A stretch of DNA of 64,000 nucleotides from a virus. The position numbers were made by a program, and so were the translations under genes. The stretch covers positions 356-64,355 of the IMG/VR virus record IMGVR_UViG_3300040801_001530; one strand, given 5' to 3'. Within the stretch, counting starts at the first letter, position 1, and the number at the start of each line of letters is the position of its first letter. Below, in pieces: positions 56,984 through 64,000 of this stretch. Under the pieces are notes generated by a model. It saw only the letters and a program-made list of their open reading frames with translations. It was not told where the DNA came from and ran no database searches.

Positions 56984-57562
56984 GGTGCGTGTATCACCAG
57001 CAAAACTAAATGGCTCTAAGCCTGCGGGGCAGCGGGCGGCGGGTTGGAATACGGTAATAATACAGCCCGGCCCCCATGTCCCCCTGTAACACAATTCTTG
57101 GTATCGCCAAGCATCTGCCAGCACTTCGCGCCCGTATAGCGTCATATCGATAAGCGCCGATTTGCCACTAGTACCAATGACCTTAACCGTAATACGGCTA
57201 TTGTCGGCATAGATTAGCGTGTAGATGTGCGCCGCGCGCCCGGTGTTGTAATAGTTGGCTAACCGCGCATAAACCACCCGCTTAGCCTTATCAAATAACC
57301 TCGCAACCTGTTTTTTAACGCCGCGTTCTATAACGTGTTGTGTCTCAAAATGATACACGTACACAGTATAGCACAATTCGTTATAGGCGTCGTCAAATGT
57401 GGCGAATGTCTTACTAGGCTGAATGTTAGCATGATGCATAAGCCATTGGTTGCCATCGCGCTCGATATAGTAAACATGGCCTTCGTAGCATGTAAAGCGC
57501 CATTTATTAAGCCATTGCCCATATTTATCTTGCATCCTACCGTGCTCTTTGATAAGTGGCAT
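56978..57562 (-). CDS. Hypothetical cassette-borne protein
   Basis: Cassette motif 57593-57602; RBS GAGGAG. Confidence 0.6.
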   Translation of the reverse strand: MPLIKEHGRMQDKYGQWLNKWRFTCYEGHVYYIERDGNQWLMHHANIQPSKTFATFDDAYNELCYTVYVYHFETQHVIERGVKKQVARLFDKAKRVVYARLANYYNTGRAAHIYTLIYADNSRITVKVIGTSGKSALIDMTLYGREVLADAWRYQELCYRGTWGPGCIITVFQPAARCPAGLEPFSFAGDTRTP

Positions 57563-57682
57563 GTTTTTAGCTCCTCGTTGGGTTGATTTTTACTTGACTA
57601 TGATACTAGTATAGCAAAACCCCGCACATTATACAAGCGCGGGGTTATTTTTTAATCTGGTGTTCTATTCGTGTTCTAACGC

Positions 57683-58093
57683 CTACGGCTTCGCGTGTGG
57701 CAACGGTACCGGCTCAAAGATCGTAAACCTATCGGGTTGCATCCGTTTAGCGTAATCAGGCACACGCCCGAATCCTGGCACCGGGATAGCGGCGACCACA
57801 TCCGGCGCGTATGCGCGGGCGGCTAGGATACTACCCAGGATGATAGCGTCGGGCCACAGCGACCGTATATGGTCTACTAGCGAACGGCCATAGGGGGTGG
57901 GGATAAAGGCCGATGAGCAGAACTTAACGCCGCCGGGGCCACGCCCGACTTCGATTGATGTGGCCTCAGCCTCTAAACGTTTGCCACAGGGGGGAACACT
58001 AAACCATATACTATCTTTGTCGCCAAAATCGTAAGGGTGCCCCGTGACATTTACAAAGGTAATTCCATCTACTGTTGTATGTTCCAATGCCAT
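57683..58093 (-). CDS. Hypothetical protein
   Basis: Paired with the upstream ORF. Confidence 0.5.
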   Translation of the reverse strand: MALEHTTVDGITFVNVTGHPYDFGDKDSIWFSVPPCGKRLEAEATSIEVGRGPGGVKFCSSAFIPTPYGRSLVDHIRSLWPDAIILGSILAARAYAPDVVAAIPVPGFGRVPDYAKRMQPDRFTIFEPVPLPHAKP

Positions 58094-58094
58094 T

Positions 58095-58466
58095 TTAATC
58101 TACACCGTGGATAATACTACTACTAAAGCCACCGTCTTTGTCTATCATATCATAGCCGATTGAGCCATCAGGCTGCGCGGTTACATCCAACGTGCGCAAA
58201 TCGCCACACCAATGCCCCACCTCGGCAAGATGCAACAACGCGCTAGATGCACTATCAAAGTTATAGAGTGTGACGCGGCACAAACTCACGGTATCAGTAA
58301 CGACCCACGGCTTTAGACCGTCTTCGATTAAATCGTGCTCATAGTAAATATGCATAGAGTTCTCCAAACGTTGCCGGTATGCAAAAGAGTAACGCGGGGG
58401 CCTCCCGGTATTATCCCCCACGCTAAAAGATGCGTCTAATATATCATGGCATATCATGTGTGTCAA
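58095..58466 (-). CDS. Hypothetical protein
   Basis: 123 aa ORF. Confidence 0.45.
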   Translation of the reverse strand: MTHMICHDILDASFSVGDNTGRPPRYSFAYRQRLENSMHIYYEHDLIEDGLKPWVVTDTVSLCRVTLYNFDSASSALLHLAEVGHWCGDLRTLDVTAQPDGSIGYDMIDKDGGFSSSIIHGVD

Positions 58467-58517
58467 GTCAGCATGTTCTAATCAATAGAACATAAGATGA
58501 GTATTTTAGCTAAACGC

Positions 58518-58546
58518 TTGCACGCGATGGCAATATATGATATACT
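58518..58546 (+). promoter_or_regulatory. Sigma70-like promoter
   Basis: TTGCAC-17 nt-TATACT. Confidence 0.6.
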
Positions 58547-58606
58547 TTTAGCATCGAATGAATACCCTCCCCGCGCGGGGGGGCAGGCGAATAAAGGCGA
58601 ATAAAA

Positions 58607-59134
58607 ATGTACAACCAGACAACAAAAAGTTACACCGCAAAAGATGGCAGCGACAACTGGATCGCAGAACCCAAACCGGAACCAGCTATCACGTTAAAGC
58701 AAATGAGTATCGTGCTCAATGCTTATGAAGAAGAATTTGAGCGGATAGTAGGTTTACTAGTTGCAGTGTTACAAAATAAAGCTGCTACACTTGTAGACTG
58801 CTCCCCCAAGGAATATGCAAGCATGTTCCTTAAGGGTATGATTAGCAAAGACGCAGGTGCCCGCGCTAAAGCATTGAAGTACAACAGCGTCTTTGTGCAC
58901 GCACGTTATGGTGTGCTGCACAAAGGGCAGCCAACATATGGTATGCCCATTCCAGCGGGGAAGACCCCGCATTGTGCACAGATCAACACAACCGGCCTAC
59001 GTGTAGATATTGAGGCAAAATCCACAGGCAATATATATCACCGAGCTTATTGTTACAGAGTAGCAGTAACAAAGCCCGATACCATCGCCCGTGCTATATG
59101 CTTTAATAAACTCCCACATAAGCATTGTGGCTAG
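58607..59134 (+). CDS. Hypothetical protein, probably the 5' half of a gene interrupted at ~59068 (3' half ~59695-60001, same frame)
   Basis: N-terminus YNQTTKSYT...NW resembles 16425..17006; its end overlaps an antisense foreign segment. Confidence 0.4.
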   Translation: MYNQTTKSYTAKDGSDNWIAEPKPEPAITLKQMSIVLNAYEEEFERIVGLLVAVLQNKAATLVDCSPKEYASMFLKGMISKDAGARAKALKYNSVFVHARYGVLHKGQPTYGMPIPAGKTPHCAQINTTGLRVDIEAKSTGNIYHRAYCYRVAVTKPDTIARAICFNKLPHKHCG

Positions 59135-59380
59135 ATATTGTGGGAGTGTTAGTTCGCAAATGACAGAAGACAATTTTGTCGGTACAGGGAATTGTGCAAC
59201 AATCGCATTAACTTGCTCTTGCGCCAACCCTGGCACTTGCGCACGCTCAGTAAGTTGTTTACGACGATAAAACGCTGTCACGTTGGAGTTATTCTTTTGT
59301 GCTGGGTCATGGTGGGATACTGGTGTAATAAATGTAGCAACGAATGTAATACGGCGTGATTCTGGTGTAATATGATACAT
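59068..59380 (-). pseudogene. Possible N-terminal fragment of a type IV CRISPR Csf2/Cas7-like RAMP protein
   Basis: RITFVATFITPVSHHDP...FYRRKQL...EFIKAYSTGDGIGL recalls type IV Cas7-like N-termini; RBS AAGGAGG; from memory, unverified. Confidence 0.35.
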
Positions 59381-59695
59381 TATGCCTCCTTTTGGGCAAT
59401 AAATAATGCTAATGTAAACTCATCAGTTAGGCGATATGGCACAATAATACGCTCGTATTGGATTAATTCCATTAACGTTAGGTTATGTCCCTTAATCTTA
59501 TTAGCTAATAGAAGATTATCAGCAATAACCACCTTGCTTATTCCCATGCTATAAATCTGCTCTACTTTATCCAATACATCAAGGAGCTTGGTATGGTCAA
59601 TAGTTAATACGCGCTCTATATTACCATCAACTACAAGAATTAATGCTGTGACAAATAGTACATCGGTTTTTGTGCGCTGGACACTCAGCAGCACG
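59380..59695 (-). pseudogene. Possible C-terminal fragment of a type IV Csf1 (Cas8-like) protein
   Basis: VEQIYSMGISK...YERIIVPYRLTDEFTLALFIAQKEA recalls Csf1 C-termini; coupled to the Csf2-like fragment; unverified. Confidence 0.35.
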
Positions 59696-60116
59696 GCGCA
59701 AATGGAAGAGTGGGTAGCTACTGGCGTATGGCCCGATGGCACTTCGATTATCAAAGTACCGCTTGATGAGAATTTGCGCTGGTATCTGCTGCGCTACTTC
59801 CAAAACCATGACGAACCAAAAAGAACAGGTATGTTTGCGCCTGCAAGCAGCTTTTATATTGGCGTGTTTGACAAAGAGCCATCAGCACTGGACGCACGCA
59901 AATACCTTATGCGCATCCTGAACGCATGTGAGTGTTGCAAAGAGTGCGAAGGCGAACAGTACAAGCCAGGTGGTGCGTGCGACACCACCTATCTGTTCTA
60001 AATTAGAACACCAGATTAGAGCTTAAAATTATTATGGCCCCACACTTGACCGTGGGGCTTTTTTGCTTTATACTTGTATCATAGTCAAGCAAGCAAACAT
60101 CTACGGAGAGAATAAA

Positions 60117-60281
60117 ATGCGTACAGTTTATATCAATCGACAGCACGATTTAGAGTGGGAATGTCCCCAAAAAACACGCACTTGGCAGGAATACCGTAAG
60201 CTACTTGTACAAGTCCTGGCTTTAAGTCAGGACGCATCTTGGGCCAATTACAAGAGTTTTTTGGCCTACTTCGCTAACTAA
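60117..60281 (+). CDS. Small hypothetical cassette-borne protein
   Basis: Cassette motif 60080-60089, RBS GGAG, terminator ~60304-60334. Confidence 0.55.
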   Translation: MRTVYINRQHDLEWECPQKTRTWQEYRKLLVQVLALSQDASWANYKSFLAYFAN

Positions 60282-60431
60282 ATATCTAAGCAAGATCAAG
60301 CTAAAAGCCCTACAGTCAAGTGTGGGGTTTTTTGTTTTACCCCCCCCCCCGCCCTATTTGACATATGTATTATAATAATAATAGGATAACTTACTTATTA
60401 TACTTATTACTTATTATTTAGGTGCATATGT

Positions 60432-63281
60432 ATGCCAAAACCAGCCCCCCAGACCATTATTAACATATATAATGCCACAGCACAGCCTGAACCCAACAAC
60501 ACTAAGGCTGTGCCTGTGCGTTACGAGCATATTGATTTTAAACCTACCCAAACAATGGCCGATAACGCTAAGCGCGGGCTTGAGTTGCGCAAAGAGCACG
60601 AGCGCGGCGGTACCGAGGTTGGCGTCCAACGGGCGCGCAACATCTCTAACCGTGACAACATAAGCCCCGACGTGGTTAAGGCCATGCATAGCTTTTTTAG
60701 CCGCCATGAGGTTAATAAACAAGCTGATGGGTGGGGCGACCGTGCCGAGCCTAGCGCGGGATATATCCCCTGGCTACTGTGGGGCGGTGACGAAGGCCAA
60801 ACGTGGGCACGGGCTAGAGTAGAGCAAATGCGGGCGGCGGATGACAGCGCCAAAGCGGGTGGCTATACAAAGCCTTATCAGACCGATAGCCCTAGCCTAC
60901 CTGATTATGTGCAACGCCTAAGCGACAATGAGCGCCAACGGTGGGTGTCAACCTTTAATAACGCACTAGAGGAGACTGGTAACGAGTCTAGCGCGTTTGC
61001 TATAGCAAATAGTGCTATAAAAAGTATCACCCAGGCCGCAGATAGCCCCGTCACGTTGCCAAAGCCAGGCGGGGGTATCAAGGCACTAGGCAGCGCACCA
61101 AACACCATAGGCGGCTATTTAGTGCGCTGGGGTAGCCCCAACGATAGGGACAGCGAAGGTGAATATTTTACCCCCCGTGTTGACTTTATGCGTGATGTCT
61201 ACCCTATTGATATACCAGTTTACTATGAGCATAGTATTGTAGATGACGCAGGCTCGCCTACCACTGATGATACAAAATGGGCAAATACCCGCAAAACATT
61301 GGTAGGCAAGATTACGGACATTAGACAAGATGATACCGGGCTATGGGTAGAGGCCACGCTAGATACTAATGCAATGGCACGGGAAGCGTTAGAGGCGATT
61401 ACAGCGGGGCATATGTTCTGGTCTTCTGGGACAGCGCCCCACCTAGCCCGACGCACTGAGGATAGTGAGATTACTACATGGCCTATTATAGACGCTAGCA
61501 TAACCGCAACACCAGCGGAGCCACACGGCACGGCCATATATCAAATTAAGAGCGATTTTGGCGCTGAAGGTGCTTGGGAGATGCTATTGAGAGCATATAG
61601 CACAGATAGCGCTAACAATAATAGTAAAGTTAAACACAATATAAGAGAGGTCGAGATGGATCCCAAACAAAAAACGCCCCCCACCGGGGACGGGGCAGCC
61701 GATCCGCAGCCCAAACCACGTTTTAGCGATATGCTTGAGATGAGCGCTTTAGAGCGGACACAAACTTATGCAACCGCTATTAAGTCGCTGTGGCCTAATA
61801 TCCAACGCATGATCAGCGCTATCGAAGCCGATATTAAAGCGGCAGGCAAAGAGGGGCCTGAATATACCAAGGCCATTGATGAGCAGTTACAAGTCGAATT
61901 AACCGACATGGCTAAACGCCTTGCTAGCATGGTCACAGGCGACACCGTAGAGGATGCATTACGCGCACTTACCGAGCATGTAATGCTTAAACTTACGGCT
62001 AGTATGCAGGCTGAAGAAGCCCCAGCGGCTATGCCCGACGCCGATAAGATGAGCGACGAAGACGAAGACGCTAATAAAATGTATGACGACAAGATGATAA
62101 CAGAAGACGGTGATGATATTATTAAGGGTACAGCTAAACGTGGTGCTAAGAGCCGTATGCCAGCGCCGCTCTATGGGGCTTATTTGACCGCGCCAACAGC
62201 TACTAGTGCGGCAAGCAGCACCTATAGCGCACCTAACCTTAATATCAAGAGTAATAAGCGCTATTCGATTACTGACCATGTGCGGGCGATGTATGCTGCG
62301 CGTAACGGAGATGCCAGCACGCTTGCACGCCAAAAACGTGCAACCTACAAGAGCTATTTGTCTAAGTATGGCCAGGACTGGACTATTAAGGCACTTGGCT
62401 CTAATCCGCTTACTATCGGCGGCTTCACGATTGACGCCGAGCAGTCTAGCGAGATTATTGGCGGTCTGTATGACGAGAATGTGATCTTAAGTGAGAGTGC
62501 GACCGATAGTTGGGCGCGGCGTATGCCGATGGTTAACAACCAACTACTCATGCCACGTGTTAATACGCCGATTAGTGCCGGTTTTGTTGGTGAGAATCAA
62601 GAGACCGACGAAGACACCGCTCTAGACTTTGGTCTAGAACAAATGAATGCGGTTAAGTTGTACAGTATGATTCGTGTGCCACGCGAGTATTTAGCCGATA
62701 GTAGCGTTAATGTTGACAGCTTCTTACAAGAAGAGATGACAGCGGCGCTACAACAAGAGATGTTGCGCGGCATTTTAGAGGGTACTGGCGGGGTCGAGCC
62801 TGTAGGTTTAGCCACCCGTGGCATTAGCACGAGCTTAAGTGACGCAGCGCCTACCGTTAACGATTTAACTAGTATGCTGCGCCGTATGAACCAGGCCAAG
62901 GTAGGCGTTAAGCCTAGCAAAAAGGCTGGTTGGTTGATGGATCCCCGCGAGGCCGAGACTATCCGCTTGTTAGAGGATACCGAAGGCAATTATGTCTGGA
63001 CGGGGCACGACGGGCAAGGCTTAGCGCTTAGCGAAGGCTTAGTCCCAGGCCGGTTGCTTGGATTACCTGTTAAGCAAACAAATCAAATATCCGATAATAA
63101 AATCATTGTGGCGAATTGGCGCGACGTGATGGTAGCTATTCGTGAAGACATCGAATTACAGCTTACCGAAGAACGTTACTGGGAGTACGACCAAATCGCT
63201 TACCGCGTTATTATGCGGATTGCCGTTGGTGTGGCCTATCCTGACTCGGTGCAGATTTTGACCGACGTCGGCACGGCATAA
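60432..63281 (+). CDS. Head polyprotein: unknown N-domain + ChaB-like domain + prohead protease + scaffold + HK97-fold major capsid protein
   Basis: SLPDYVQRLSDNERQRWVSTFNNA (ChaB-like); IGGYLVRWG...DSEGEYF (HK97-type protease); GGFTIDAEQSSEII...FVGENQ...YDQIAYRVIMR (capsid). Confidence 0.85.
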   Translation: MPKPAPQTIINIYNATAQPEPNNTKAVPVRYEHIDFKPTQTMADNAKRGLELRKEHERGGTEVGVQRARNISNRDNISPDVVKAMHSFFSRHEVNKQADGWGDRAEPSAGYIPWLLWGGDEGQTWARARVEQMRAADDSAKAGGYTKPYQTDSPSLPDYVQRLSDNERQRWVSTFNNALEETGNESSAFAIANSAIKSITQAADSPVTLPKPGGGIKALGSAPNTIGGYLVRWGSPNDRDSEGEYFTPRVDFMRDVYPIDIPVYYEHSIVDDAGSPTTDDTKWANTRKTLVGKITDIRQDDTGLWVEATLDTNAMAREALEAITAGHMFWSSGTAPHLARRTEDSEITTWPIIDASITATPAEPHGTAIYQIKSDFGAEGAWEMLLRAYSTDSANNNSKVKHNIREVEMDPKQKTPPTGDGAADPQPKPRFSDMLEMSALERTQTYATAIKSLWPNIQRMISAIEADIKAAGKEGPEYTKAIDEQLQVELTDMAKRLASMVTGDTVEDALRALTEHVMLKLTASMQAEEAPAAMPDADKMSDEDEDANKMYDDKMITEDGDDIIKGTAKRGAKSRMPAPLYGAYLTAPTATSAASSTYSAPNLNIKSNKRYSITDHVRAMYAARNGDASTLARQKRATYKSYLSKYGQDWTIKALGSNPLTIGGFTIDAEQSSEIIGGLYDENVILSESATDSWARRMPMVNNQLLMPRVNTPISAGFVGENQETDEDTALDFGLEQMNAVKLYSMIRVPREYLADSSVNVDSFLQEEMTAALQQEMLRGILEGTGGVEPVGLATRGISTSLSDAAPTVNDLTSMLRRMNQAKVGVKPSKKAGWLMDPREAETIRLLEDTEGNYVWTGHDGQGLALSEGLVPGRLLGLPVKQTNQISDNKIIVANWRDVMVAIREDIELQLTEERYWEYDQIAYRVIMRIAVGVAYPDSVQILTDVGTA

Positions 63282-63295
63282 GGAGAGAGATAATA

Positions 63296-63760
63296 ATGCC
63301 TGTTTTTAATAAAGACCTACAAAGTGTTGTCGCATTCCGGCCCGCGATCGCGGCGGGTACCTATGCCGATAGCGCTCAATATTCTACGATCTACGATATT
63401 ACCGAATATGGCCACGCCACGTTTATTGTAAACGCCGCATCTAGTATGGGTGGTAACGTGGTTTGCGCGATTGAGGAGAATAGCTCTAGTAGCTCTAGTG
63501 GCACTACAGCTAGTACAGATCGTGACGGTGATGCTATTACTGGTACCCTTACCGCTGGTACGGATGATGGGCGCGTAGGTGTGCTTAGTATCCATTCCTC
63601 CGATCTTGGTAGTGGCAACCGTTACGTTATGCTTAAAGTTACCCCCGCAAGTGCTGATGAGCCGTTAGCAGCCAGCGTACTGTTGGGTGGGCGGTATGCA
63701 TTGCCAACCGCTAACGGCACCGCTAACGAAGTGGCTTTTGCCGTGGGTAACAACGATTAA
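63296..63760 (+). CDS. Putative head decoration/virion protein
   Basis: Directly after the capsid gene, RBS AAGGAG, Ser/Thr/Gly-rich beta pattern. Confidence 0.5.
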   Translation: MPVFNKDLQSVVAFRPAIAAGTYADSAQYSTIYDITEYGHATFIVNAASSMGGNVVCAIEENSSSSSSGTTASTDRDGDAITGTLTAGTDDGRVGVLSIHSSDLGSGNRYVMLKVTPASADEPLAASVLLGGRYALPTANGTANEVAFAVGNND

Positions 63761-64000
63761 TGCGTATCCTGTTAGTAACAGATACGCCGTTCTGTTTAAG
63801 TGCGTATGCTCAGCAAGCGGTAATGCTTGCTGAGCACGCTAACAACAATGGCCACGAGGTAATTTATTATGCCTCAAACTATCAGGGTATCGAGCAACGC
63901 CTAAAGGGGTTTAGGATATTAGGATTGCTTAATAGCCCCCTATCCCATGAGCACATCGCGCAATTTGCCGTAGATGAGCAAGCCGACTGCATTATTACAT
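63760..64000 (+). CDS. Glycosyltransferase N-terminus (partial, runs off the window)
   Basis: MRILLVTDTPFCLSAYAQQA... is a GT-B N-terminal pattern; open to the window end; probably continues into 2..460. Confidence 0.65.
   Translation, partial: MRILLVTDTPFCLSAYAQQAVMLAEHANNNGHEVIYYASNYQGIEQRLKGFRILGLLNSPLSHEHIAQFAVDEQADCIIT

Noticed and set aside
372-63618. Many antisense or overlapping ORFs in the six-frame track (e.g. 2165..2551, 35619..36227, 38272..38859, 39948..40688, 62597..62989)
   Set aside because: They shadow well-supported genes, lack RBSs and show no protein-family motifs
1-64000. TAG stop-codon reassignment, suggested by TAG-rich DNA and a CUA-loop tRNA-like gene
   Set aside because: Long genes are intact in the standard code, and TAG ends several well-bounded genes (3021, 15510, 36351, 38890, 45231)

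Overview
The window is most or all of a ~64 kb tailed dsDNA phage genome (siphovirus-like). Its two ends look like the N- and C-terminal parts of one glycosyltransferase gene, which suggests a circular or permuted contig slightly longer than the window. Modules: head-tail and tail genes (0.5-15.8 kb); recombination/replication genes with an iteron origin inside the initiator gene (17.5-27.5 kb); terminase and a portal-2H phosphoesterase-MuF fusion (31-36 kb); DNA-modification genes; a glycan-biosynthesis cluster (50-56 kb); and a protease-scaffold-capsid polyprotein (60-63 kb). The standout is a phage-encoded CRISPR-associated IscB locus on the minus strand (39980-41864). It has a sigma70 promoter, a mini-array of three 37-42 nt repeats with two spacers, a final repeat fused to an anti-repeat at the 5' end of an omega/HEARO RNA (a natural single guide), and an iscB with intact RuvC and HNH motifs. 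No cas1/cas2 or tnpA is recognisable. A tRNA cluster follows (Leu-TAG, Leu-TAA, CAT and two aberrant tRNA-like genes) that matches the genome's CTA/TTA/ATA codon bias. At least 11 copies of a promoter/leader cassette (TATACT-N5-CATAGTCAAG...AAGGAG) front unrelated small ORFs. A possible type IV CRISPR effector fragment interrupts a gene near 59 kb. All functional calls come from motif recognition by eye; no database searches were run. The host is unknown (Chloroflexota is a guess).
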